A stretch of 64,000 nucleotides of DNA from Vitrella brassicaformis CCMP3155 (lineage: Eukaryota > Protista > Chromerida). The stretch covers positions 51,835-115,834 of the forward strand of contig CDMY01000334.1 of the NCBI GenBank assembly GCA_001179505.1. Reading direction: 5' to 3'. A model generated the notes under the pieces. That model saw only the letters and a program-made list of their open reading frames with translations, was not told the origin of the DNA and did no database searches. Shown here one piece after another: positions 34,209-45,492 of the stretch (positions within the stretch are counted from its first letter, which is position 1; each line of letters begins with the position of its first letter). A program made the position numbers and the translations under genes.

Positions 34209-36923
34209 ATGCTGTCGTCGAATGACTCTCAGTGGAAGATTGGCAAGGCTCTGGCGCATCCCACCGGTGAGTGAACGAACAGGGCGGGGAGGGTGGAAGG
34301 AAGCGCACCTTTGATGTGATGCACTCATTCATGCGTTCTTCCCGCTGCCGGTGCGATGCCTGCTTAACTGTCTGTCTTATGGTCCTGCCTACCTGTCTGC
34401 TTGACTCAGACAAGAAGGCCCGTCAGAAAGGTCAACTCAACGAAACACCACGAGTCGTGCATGACGTTGCCATGCACGGCGTACGTGTGTGTATGTCTGT
34501 GTGGGTGTGCGTCTTGCTTTGATTGACGGTTGGTTATTCTCAGCCTTGAAGCTGCTTCAGAAGTGGCTGCGTCGGCGGGCCGAGAGCGACCATTCCATCT
34601 CGCTCAGAGACGCCCTCCTCGTGTGGAAGGCCCTCTTCTACGGTCAGTCGGCACATATGCCACATGGAGATAGAGACGCGCCTGACTGCCTGGCCGCTTG
34701 CTTGGTTGCGTGTGTGCAGCGTTTTGGTTGAGCGACAAGCGTCCCGTGCAGACGCAGCTGGCGTCCCAGCTGTCGGCGCTGCAGCATGTGTTGGCCGCCG
34801 CACCGGAGGCCTGGCTGGCCTGGGTGGGCGCATTCTACCAGATCCTTCTCACCGAGTGGACCGAAATCGACAGATTCAGGTAGGCAGGCACACCGACGGA
34901 GGGACGCCGAAAGAGGGATTGATGCATTGATTGATGCATTGATTGATGTCTTGTGTGTTGTGTGTTGTGTGTTTCAAGGCTTGAGAAGTACCTGATGCTG
35001 GTGCGCATGTTTGTGTATGAGACCCTCCGATACCTGCAGAATCGAAAGTGGGACGCGCAGGTGCGATCCGTCAGACAGACAGACAGACAGGCAGGCAGAC
35101 GCCCATCAGTGTCGCTTGGTTTGTGTGCGTGTGATGAATTGGCTGATTGATGGACACAGCTGGTGCGTCAGTTGAACGACGTCTACGTGCGGAGGGGCCC
35201 GTTCGCCTTTCTCAGTCTGCACACCAACGACGTCAGCCGCGAGACGGCCACACAAGAAGAGGGCGCGAAGGTCCCCAAGACGCCCACACGAGCGGGTACG
35301 ATCGATGCACACCGCGCCACACCACACCCACACACGTGCAGGCCATCCAGGTTTCCATCTCTACAGGATAGGAAAAGTGTGTGTGTGTCCGTCTGTGGAA
35401 TCAGGTTTTGGGTGTCTGTTGCAGCTGACCGACGTGCTGATGGACGAGTGGGATCGCTGCACTCAGGGACAGCACGAGAAAGACCCCGACAGCGGTGGTG
35501 CGGCGGAAGCGCTGGCCATCATGCTCCAGCCTTTTGTCAAGGCACGCTTTGACGCACGAGACGAGACACACCCCCTTCGTCCACTCTGTCTGTCTACAAT
35601 ACATCCACTCATGTGTTCAGGTGCTGTGTGTGAGCACACACGAGGGCGTCCTGGACCGCATATGTGTCAAGGTCATGGCTCGGCTGCCCGCGATGGCCCC
35701 GCAGCTCACCCAGCTGGGGCAGCAGATGTTCCAGAAGGCGGCCAACAAGTACGCACATCACGCACACCCCCTCAAGTGGCAACGGGTGTGAGTGTCGGTC
35801 TGGGTGTTGCAGGAACACAGGTGTGCTGCATCGGCAGTACCTGTACAAGGCCGTGGACGCGATCGAGCAAAGTGAGAACACACACAAACAAACACACACA
35901 CACACACATGCATACGTCCATCCATCTGGCTTTCTCTGTCTGTCTGTCTGTCTGTCGATCTGTCCGCCTGCAGTTCTCCGTGATGCCGGCGAGTCGATCG
36001 ACCTCCGCCTCCCCCCACCACACACACAGCAGAAACACACGCCACCCTCCCCCGCAACCAAAACCACAACACCGTCCCCCACTGTGCAAGTGCCCAACCT
36101 CTTGAAGAAGCTGCGCCTGCTCAAGGCCATGCAGGAGGGACACCACCACCACCACCAGCAACAACAACAACAGCAGCAGAATGGCGTGAAGCGGAAAAGC
36201 GTATCGACGGATGGCGTGCACCAAGCACCAGCACCAGCAGTGGCAGCAGCAGCAGCGGCAGCGGCAGCACCAGTGGATGATGAGTTACCGAATGGAGTCG
36301 TTGCCAAGAAGGCCAGGAAGGAGCGTGCGAGTGACAGCGACGAAGGAGACCGGCAGCACCAGCCATCCAAGAGCCGACTGAATGACGCCGACACCCGGCA
36401 GCATCAGCAGGAGCAAGAGCAGCAGGAGGTGGTGGGTGGCAAGAGGGTTCGCAAGGGCGCGCCGTTCAAGCAGACCGGGCAGCCGGGCACCCCCCCTCCC
36501 CCCACCAGCAGCCGCAGAGTCAAGTTTGATCTCACCCAGAACCAAAAGACATGTCTGTAACCAAACACACACACACACACACACAGAGGAAGGCCTGCGA
36601 GCCCACATGTGTCCTTCTGTCTGTCTGTCTGTCTGTGAATCGGTTCAGATTTCAACAACCGCATGCCCGTGACAACGATCGAAAGGCCCCCCGGCGGCGG
36701 CTCCCCGCCACATGCAGCCAACCACGCCACCGCGGTGGCTGATGGACCCGAACCCGCCCCAGCCGCCATTACCGTCCCTACCACCAGCAGCGGCTATAGC
36801 GTGTCTCGTGTGCATCGCACTGGGACGCCCCTCAAGTCCATTCTGAAAAAACGGGGAGGGGGCGGTGGGGCGGCGGCAGCCAGTGGGGGCAGGAAGGGCA
36901 AGCTCAGGCTCACGACGCACTAA
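34209..36923 (+). CDS. RRP1: RRP1/Nop52 ribosomal RNA processing protein
   Basis: KALAHPTDKKARQKALKLLQKWL, LVWKALFY, FWLSDKRPVQTQLA, EWTEIDRFRLEKYLMLVR, followed by a long disordered C-terminus. Confidence 0.9.
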
Positions 36924-37648
36924 CAGGCGGGCTGGGTGTGTTGAGAAGTGCCGAGTGGGTGGATGGATGGATCGTCGATGGCCGGCTGTGCGTGTGAAGT
37001 GCAGTGGAGTGAGCGGTTGACTGCGGCAGGCAGACAGACAGACCGACAGATGACGAATAGTCGAATGGATGTTTCTCCTGAGTGAGTGACTGGTTCGTTC
37101 GTTGACGACATGAAACGAATGACACCGAGTGTCGTCGATTGTGGAGTCAACCCACCAGCCTAAGCCATATGTATCAGTCCTGCCCACTCTGGCTGGCTGT
37201 CTGTGTGGTGTTGCGGCCCGGACGCCTACCCTACCTACTGGAGCTCCAGCGCCGTCTGCAGAGCGACACAGGAGGGCCACTACCCCTGGTCCCACTCACC
37301 CCCACCCCACCCCACTGCATGAACTTGAATGCATCTTCTACGTCGACCGCAGAGCGGCCCCTCCCTTTGTGTTTTCCTCTCTCCGTCTCAGGACACACAC
37401 ACACGGCAGATCGACAGAGCGACAGAACAAGAAAGACCTTCATGACCACGCACTGGTTTGGTCATGTTTCGCTCGACAAGTCATTCAATTATCCAGGGCA
37501 ACACATACTCGAAAAACCCCCATCCATCCATCCATCCAACGTTCATTTGTCAGGCCACCCAGAGAAAAAACTCTATCGTGCAGTGCTGCGCTGTGTTATG
37601 GTGTGCTGTGCTGCCATTAAGCCAGCCACTCAGACGGCTATCGAGTCA

Positions 37649-38499
37649 TCACTTGTGAGCACCCCCAGCGCCCCCCGCAGCGTCGTTGGCGTTGTGGAAC
37701 ATGCGCCTGAGCATCTTCTCCTTCTCGTACCGGCCCTTACTTTGGACACGAAGCGTCTTCTTGACGAGCTTGTAGGCGCCACCACTGTAGTCATAGTGGT
37801 GTGTCACGTGCTCCACCCTGTAGCTTGAACCGTCCTCCTGCACCAAGATGTCGCCTGGGGTCGTCTACACACACACACAGAGAGAGAGAAATGGACCGAT
37901 CCATCCATCCATCCATCCATGTGTACCAGAGGGTGCAGGCGATAGCGGCCGACGTATCTCATTTGCGGCGGGTTGTTGAGTATTTTCTCCAGCAAGTCGA
38001 AGGGCAGCATGTTGTACTCCCGCACCCTCTTGCCGCGTATCGACCGCTCGCTGAACCGCACATTCAGCAGCCCCTCCTTGCCGGGGTCCTTCTCTATCGG
38101 CACATTCAGATTGGGCGGCTTCAGCCGCTGCCGATAGTTGGAGAACGTCAGATCCTCCGCCCGGTCGTTGGGCGGCCACCGACTGCTGTCGTCCTCGCCG
38201 CCATCGTACTCATCGCTGTGGGCGGCAGAGAGGGGAGAGGAGGGCGGCCGCCGCCTCCTGACGCTGTGTGGTGAGCGGAAGGCAGCCAGCTGCCGCCGGT
38301 GTGACAGCAGAGAACGGCGCGGCTGGTGCAGGAAGGCACTGCTGACAGTGCTGAGCAGCCATGAGGCGAGCCACAGCAGGAGGGAACCGAGCGGCGAGGA
38401 AGGGGCGTCAGATCGATGAGGGGAGCGGCTTCGCCGTCCCATTGAGAAGCGGCCGCCTTTCCACCGCTCTGCAGCACCGCTCCACCGGACCGCGTGCAC
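37649..38499 (-). CDS. Small plastid-targeted protein resembling a conserved cyanobacterial/algal hypothetical family
   Basis: Hydrophobic signal LLLWLASWLLSTVSSAF plus an R/S-rich transit peptide. C-terminal TPGDILVQEDGSSYRVEHVTHHYDYSGGAYKLVKKTLRVQSKGRY resembles a PG..GxxYxV..HxY...GxY family from memory. Start is 38499 or 38442. Confidence 0.6.
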
Positions 38500-38729
38500 C
38501 CCTTCAGCTCAGTGTGGCAAAGATCCTTGAAGGAGAGAAGGTGGAGGCCTCTTCCTCCTTTCTCTGCAGCCGCGAACTTGGGGAAAAGCTCGCGATGCAG
38601 AGGGGCTAGGGCCTTCCATGAAACCGCTGCAGAAGTGGACGAGCGCCACGTACAACACCACATATCATCATCTGTCATCTCGTTGTGAAACACCTTAACT
38701 CATAGCGCATCTCTCGTCACAAGCCTCTC

Positions 38730-39967
38730 ATGGCGCCTCCCCAGGCCGCCTTCTCCGTCAAGGAGATCTGCAGAAGACGTAAGGCGGACGGACGGAAGGG
38801 ACGGATGACACACACAGACAGACAAAGGAAGATAAACACAGCCACACGCTGTGTGCTGGCCAGATTATCTTTCACTCATCAGTTCAACTGTCTGTCTGTC
38901 TGTGTGTGTCTACTCACTCTGTTGGCAACTGCGGTGATGTGATTCGACTCGCACTTTTTTTCCACAGGTGTATTGGACGAGATGGTGCGTCGTGTGCACG
39001 GGAGTGAGGGCTACATCGCAATGATAGTCGACGACCGGACGCTGCGGGTGCTGTCCTCTTCCTGCCGGGTCTATGACATACTCGAGGAGGGCGTCACAGG
39101 TGGGTGCGTGGCATCCACATTGGTGTGTGTGTGTGTGAGAGAGTGTTGGGGGNNNNNNNNNNNNNNNNNNNNNNNNNNNNNNNNNNNNNNNNNNNNNNNN
39201 NNNNNNNNNNNNNNNNNNNNNNNNNNNNNNNNNNNNNNNNNNNNNNNNNNNNNNNNNNNNNNNNNNNNNNNNNNNNNNNNNNNNNNNNNNNNNNNNNNNN
39301 NNNNNNNNNNNNNNNNNNNNNNNNNNNNNNNNNNNNNNNNNNNNNNNNNNNNNNNNNNNNNNNNNNNNNNNNNNNNNNNNNNNNNNNNNNNNNNNNNNNN
39401 NNNNNNNNNNNNNNNNNNNNNNNNNNNNNNNNNNNNNNNNNNNNNNNNNNNNGGGGGGGGGGGGGGTTGATGGCGCATGGCATGCAGTTGTCGAGAAGAT
39501 CGAGAAGCGTCGGCAGCCGCTGCCCCAGCTGGACGCACTCTACTTCCTCTCACCTGAACTGCCGGTCATCGAACTCCTCGTCAAGGTAAGTTGGTGGGGG
39601 TGGTGGGGGTGGGCGGATCGAGGCACCTCATGTCACGTGATGGTGTCTGTGGCCGCGGGTGCCTTCTGCATCTTTCCTTTGTCGCGGTGTGTGTGTGTAT
39701 ATGAAAGGACTTCGAGAAGGAGAAGCGGCCGCAGTACAAGAACGTGCATCTGTTCTTCTCGTCGGCCATCGGTCAGCCGGCGCACGGGCAGGACGATTGC
39801 GCATTGCACTCTGTCCGCAGCGTCCGCGTGTGTGTGTGTGCAGGCAGGGACAGTGGTGTGATGGAGAAGATCGCGAGCGACCCGCGGCTGTTCCCGCGCG
39901 TCAAAACCTTTGTGGAGTTCAACCTCAACTTTATTGGTCGCCTTTTGTGCAGCCATCACACACACAT

Positions 39968-39999
<32 letters not shown>

Positions 40000-40774
40000 G
40001 GAGAGAGAGAGGGATAGGTGGAGGATGGGTGTGTGTGTGTCTGTGTGCACTGGACGTTTGCAGCGCACGAGCAGCGTGTGGTGCATTTCGACTCGCCCTA
40101 CTTGTTGCGTGAGCTGTTCCCCCTCAAGAGGCCGGAGCTGCTCCACGACATCGCTGACAAGGTGCCTGAGCCTCACACGGATCCATTGCCTGCCTGGATG
40201 CACGTGGTTTATGTGTGTGGGCGTGGGCGTGTGGTCATTTAGATTGTGTCTGTTTGTGCGACGCTGGGCGAGACCCCTTACGTCAGATACATGAAGCCAA
40301 ACGCGTCAATACAAGGCAAGGCCCCACACACGAACCGAACACACATGCGTCTCTCTCCGAACATGCCTTCGTGTGTGTGTGTGTGTGTCTACGCATGGCA
40401 TCCCTCCACAGGCCTGCCTCCAGTCACCGTCTGTGAGCAGCTGGCCAACCTCGTCCAGGCCAAGATCGAGAGAAACCTCCCTAAGAGGACCGCCAAGCAG
40501 GTAGCTAGCGGGCACATGATACCCACATGAGCGTGTCTGTGTGCGTGTTCCATGGCGCCTGCGCTGCGGTGTGGTGTGTGTGTGTCAGGCCTCGTCGTCT
40601 GGCGGTCAGCCGACGACTCTGTTGGTGCTGGACCGGTCGGTCGACACGGCGGCCCTGCTGCTGCACGAGTACACCTACCAAGCCATGGCCTATGACGTGC
40701 TCGATATACAGGTGTGGTGTGTGGCCCCGGGGGGTCTGTCTGAACTGAATGTGCGCGTGTGTGTATTGGCTGAG

Positions 40775-40806
<32 letters not shown>

Positions 40807-41408
40807 AGCTGTCGGGCACTGGCGCACAGACGTCGGCTCCGCGGCCATCGACACAATCAGGTAGGGTAGGTGCCTGCCACACAAATGACATGCGGCCGGG
40901 CCACACACACGTGCACACGACACACAGAAATGCTACAATCAATCAATAGTGTCTATGCCGCATGGCGTGTGTGGTGTGCAGGTGGATACGAGAAGTTGAA
41001 GAGCATGCGGAGCATGCAGCCGGCCGACGAGGAGACACAGGCCAAACAAGACGACACCTTCGCGTACGCCCGACCCGACCCGACCCCCTCTCTCCGTGTG
41101 TGTGCCTGCATCTTGTGTGTGTGTGTGTGTTTGTGTGTGTGGCAGCTATGAGTTCACCGACAATCTTGGACAGACCGGCAAGAAGACGGTAGGTCACACG
41201 CCACACGACCCTTCACAGAGAGAGAGAGAGAGAGAGGGAAAGTGCATGCGCCATGCCACACACACACAAAAACATACTTGCTATGCCCCACCCACTTTAA
41301 CAGGCGGTCTTGAGTGATGCAGATGAGCTCTGGGTCAGATTCAGGTGCGTACGTCTGTCTGTCTGTCTGTCTGTCGTTCACACGCAAATCAATCCATAAT
41401 CTCCCTCC

Positions 41409-41447
<39 letters not shown>

Positions 41448-43789
41448 TGTGTGTAGGCATCAGCACATCAGTGTGGTCAACGACACTGTCACCGAGGAGG
41501 TGCGCAAGTTTGCCAAAGAGCACGACGTCGCCAGGATACACAGAGGAGACGTAAGGACAAACACAAAGACAAACACACGGACACACACACACACACACAC
41601 ATGGATGGATGGATGGATGGATGCCGGGCATGTCACACGTCTCCACCGCTCCCCCTCTCTGTGTAAATGGAATGTGTGTGTGTATGTGTCAGAGGCACAT
41701 GAACACCGAGGCGACTGCAGCAGCGATCCGGCAGCTGCCGCAATACCAAGAGATGCTCTCAAAGGCACTCACTCACTCACTCACACTCACTCAGTCAGAC
41801 CGAGAGAAAGAGAGAGAGATTTGCGCATTGACTCGGGTGCTTGTGCTTGTGCGTGTGTGTGGTGTGGTGTTGCCATCCATCCATCCATCAGTATTGGGTG
41901 CACTGCACCATGAGCGAGCAGTGCTTCGCTGAGCTGGAGAGGAGAAGCCTTATGAAGATTGGCTCAATCGAACAGGTGAGTGCAGTGCAGTGCAGTCCCT
42001 GAGGGAATGGCCAGCCGGGGGCGAGAGAGAGAGGCAGAGGGAGGGAGGGAGGGAGGGAGAGGGAGGGAGAGAGACCACAGAACGTTCTGTGTGTGTGTGT
42101 GTGGTGTGCAGGATTTGGCCACAGGGATTGACAAGGACGGCAACAACGTCAGCCCGCCCAAGCTGCTCTCCACCATGGGCACACTCCTCAGCGACCCCGC
42201 CATTGGGTAATCTCTCACACTCACACTCACACGGACACTCACACAGACACTGACACACAGACATTGTTGTCTGTCCAACCACGTGTGTGTGTGTGTGCGT
42301 GAGGGCAGGGTGGAGGAGAAGTTGCGTCTGCTGATGCTCTACTTCACACAGATGGACGGCATCAAGGAAGACGACAGAAAGAAGGTCAGTGAGGAACCAC
42401 AGTGATTGCAATCGATCAACCAATCACTCACTCACTGACTCAATCAGATGATGGACGCGGCCCGGCTGGGAGAGGAGGAGCAGACGTGCATCCTCAACCT
42501 GCTCAAATGTGAACATACACACTGACACACACACACGTCCACGTGTTCACACACTGACACACACACTCGATCTTTCCCCTGTGTGTGTGTGTATGGGTGT
42601 AGGCGGCCTCCACCTGCCCCGCTTCGCCTCGTCCATCCCACCCAAAGCACCCGTGCGTGTGGAGGGACGTCTAAGGACATCTATCATGACACTGCACGCA
42701 CACACACACACGTGTGTCTGTGTCCCTGTCTGTCCGTCTCGTGTGTGCAGAACAAACACCACCACCGGACGGACAAGGAGCGGCTCAAGTACTTCAAAAC
42801 GGTACCTATGTGACCGCGGGATGGCTGTCTGTCTGTCTCTCTCTTCACGCTGCGCATCGTGTGTGTGTGTGTGCAGCGTGCCCGTACGGTCAACTTCGAG
42901 CTATCGAGGTTCGAGCCGGGCCTCAAGGACATCGTGCAGGTGAGGTGCGTGGGTGTCTGCCTGCCCATTTGACATGACAAGATAGATATGTGGAGTGTGT
43001 GCGTGCGTGTGTGTAGAGGGCGGCTCAGGACCAGCTCGACCGCAGCCAATACCCATACATCCACGACCCTACTCAGTGAGTGAATGAAGCGAGGCTACCT
43101 ACCTACTCAACCCCCCTCTCCCCCTCCCACCCCCCCCACCCCCCCCTCCCATCCCACACACACTCACACAGACCCCCACACGTACACGTGTGCGCGTGAT
43201 ATCTATGTGTGTCGGGCAGGGCCGGCACCAGTGTCAAAGTCGCCGCCACAGCCTCGAGAGGTCAGCAAGGCCTGAGCCGGGGGCCGATCGATGTATCCAA
43301 CTTATGTGTCTGTCACTTATGTGTCTGTCTGTCTGTCTGTCCGTCGGCTCATGTGTGTGTGTGTGCAGGGGTGGGTGGCGTTGCGGGTCGGCCTGGCGGG
43401 GCGTCGCAATGGGACTGGGGATGGACCCAAGAGGTACGTGTGTCTGTCTGTCTGTCTGTGTATGTACGCCACACGTGTGTGTTGCGTTACCCTCACACAG
43501 GGTGAGGATCCGCGACAGGGAGACATCTCCGGCCGCTCCTCCCGCAGTCGGCTGCTGGTCTTCCTTCTCGGCGGCGCCACCCACTCTGAGATCAGATCCG
43601 TTTACGAAATATCAGATGAGGTACGCCACGCCCGGGCTCACACATAACATCACGCACCTCGCATTGTCTTTGTCTCTGTCTCTGTGTCTGTGTCATGCGC
43701 AGCTTCAGATCGACGTGGTGCTGGTGACCACCGGTCTGCTTAGTTTCAAGTACCTCTACCAGCTCATGAGCGAACACAGATTCGAGTGA
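38730..43789 (+). CDS. SEC1: Sec1/Munc18 (syntaxin-binding) SM protein
   Basis: MIVDDRTLRVLSSSC, VVEKIEKRRQPLPQLDALYFLSP, LLVLDRSVDTAALLLHEYTYQAMAYDVL, QLPQYQEMLSKYWVH, EQDLATGIDKDG, EKLRLLMLY, FELSRFEP, RLLVFLLGGATHSEIR. Confidence 0.95.
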
Positions 43790-44054
43790 CCAACTGTCAG
43801 AGAGCGATGGATGGATGGATGGACAAGTGGCGAGTGATGAGAGCGACGGTCGTCGTGACGTGTATACGAGTGTACTGTACAGCCCACACGGCTTATTACA
43901 TTTGTTGTCCTGTCCAGCCCACACAGTTACTGACCGCATGCAATGCATGGCAGGCAAACACGCCACACCACACCCTCAAGAAGGCCCGTCAGATACCGAC
44001 ATATGCCACACACGGCAGACAGACAGACAGACAGACAAGAGGCGATTAAGCTAC

Positions 44055-45242
44055 TCACTCGCCGTCGTCGTCGACACGAGTACCCTGGTCTATGACCTCC
44101 CTCTCTAGTCTGACTCGTCTGAGCACATCACGGGCATGGCGGACGGTAATGGGATAGCACTCATCCCCTGCAGACAGATCACCGCCAACACCGTGCACAC
44201 GCCTCTCCGTCGTGAACAGGCTGATCTTGCCGCCCCGCCGCACGGTCAGATGAGCCACAATCGCCTCGTCCGCCCGGTGGCCGCACAACAGCACCTGCCG
44301 CACCACCACTCCCACACCCCACCCCCGCTGACGCATGTCGACCACCACACAGTCGCCAAATGCGTCAGTCGCCATGAAGGCTCCATAGCGGGCATCACCC
44401 GATCGTGCGGGGGCCTCGAGTACCAGGGTGCTGGGCTGGCGGGGGCCGCATGGTGGGCGAGGCCACCAGTAGACCAGGAGGTTGTCCATCATGAAGGCAG
44501 AGAACCGCTCGTAGCGATACCGATCGGCACTGTGGACGTCGTCCTCTTCAACAGCCGGGTCGTCTGTGTGCTCGGCAGCCATGACGCGGAACCGCACTTT
44601 GCCGACCTTGTGGGGATAGATGTGGTTCTCATCGTCACCATCATCCTGCACGACGCGTGTATCATCAAGAAACGTGTAAGGCCGCGCGTCATGAATGCCT
44701 CCTCGTGTGTATCTCACCTCGCCAGCCTCATTCTCGTTCGTCTGCTCGTCTGTGGTCAGGGCCAGGCTGTCGCCCTCGTAGCTGAGCAGATGGCCGATGG
44801 TCTTGTAGATGGCCAGTGCGAGCGGCAGCTGGTGCACGGCGGCCCTGGTGGGCCAGTGCTGCTGCACCCACTCGGCCGATATCACCAGAGGCATAGCGGG
44901 GGTCAGCCGATAGATGGCCGCCACACGGAGGAAGCCGCCCAGCCACGCCCACAGACGACCACCACGCTCCAGCAGATACAGCACGCGGCACAGGTAGTCG
45001 ATGCGCGAGAGGCCGCCGGGCAGCGGAGCCGCCCCAGCCGTCCCGCCATGTCTGTCGACGTCAATCAGCCCACTCAGCCCATAGCGCCTCAGCAATGCGT
45101 CGATGCGCCGGAAGATGAAATCACAGCCGATGACGGAGGTGCCGCTGGCGCGTGACGAAGATCTGACCCTGCTGAAGTCGCAGACGTCGAGATTGGACAA
45201 CACCTGGTCTCGCCAGACCTCGTAAGGCACCACATGCGCCAT
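44055..45242 (-). CDS. Intronless lineage-specific protein with an F-box-like N-terminus
   Basis: Continuous ~395-codon ORF without microsatellites. N-terminus VPYEVWRDQVLSNLDVCDFSRVRSSSR fits a degenerate F-box pattern. An upstream acceptor near 45268 may add a 5' exon. Confidence 0.7.
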   Translation of the reverse strand: MAHVVPYEVWRDQVLSNLDVCDFSRVRSSSRASGTSVIGCDFIFRRIDALLRRYGLSGLIDVDRHGGTAGAAPLPGGLSRIDYLCRVLYLLERGGRLWAWLGGFLRVAAIYRLTPAMPLVISAEWVQQHWPTRAAVHQLPLALAIYKTIGHLLSYEGDSLALTTDEQTNENEAGEVRYTRGGIHDARPYTFLDDTRVVQDDGDDENHIYPHKVGKVRFRVMAAEHTDDPAVEEDDVHSADRYRYERFSAFMMDNLLVYWWPRPPCGPRQPSTLVLEAPARSGDARYGAFMATDAFGDCVVVDMRQRGWGVGVVVRQVLLCGHRADEAIVAHLTVRRGGKISLFTTERRVHGVGGDLSAGDECYPITVRHARDVLRRVRLEREVIDQGTRVDDDGE

Positions 45243-45414
45243 CGGATGAGGATCATACGGACAGACCTGCACACACACACACGCACACACGCACAGTGTC
45301 ACGCGCGCGCACATCCATCCATCAACCACAACCACATATCTTTTCCCCTTCCGCCATCGCTCACAAATACTGTTTGCCTTCGTATGGTCTTTCTGCTTCG
45401 AGGAAAGTCTGTGA

Positions 45415-45450
45415 GCAGGGTTTGAAAACCCTACACCCTACACCCTAACC
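45415..45450. promoter_or_regulatory. Palindromic telo-box plus ACCCTA repeats between the divergent F-box-like and ribophorin I genes
   Basis: GCAGGGTTTGAAAACCCTACACCCTACACCCTAACC. Confidence 0.6.
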
Positions 45451-45492
45451 ATCCCAGTGCAGATCTCTCGGCTTCTCTCTCCAGTTTTGATC

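Noticed and set aside
44136-45155. 339-aa plus-strand ORF
   Set aside because: Antisense shadow of the GC-rich F-box-like gene.
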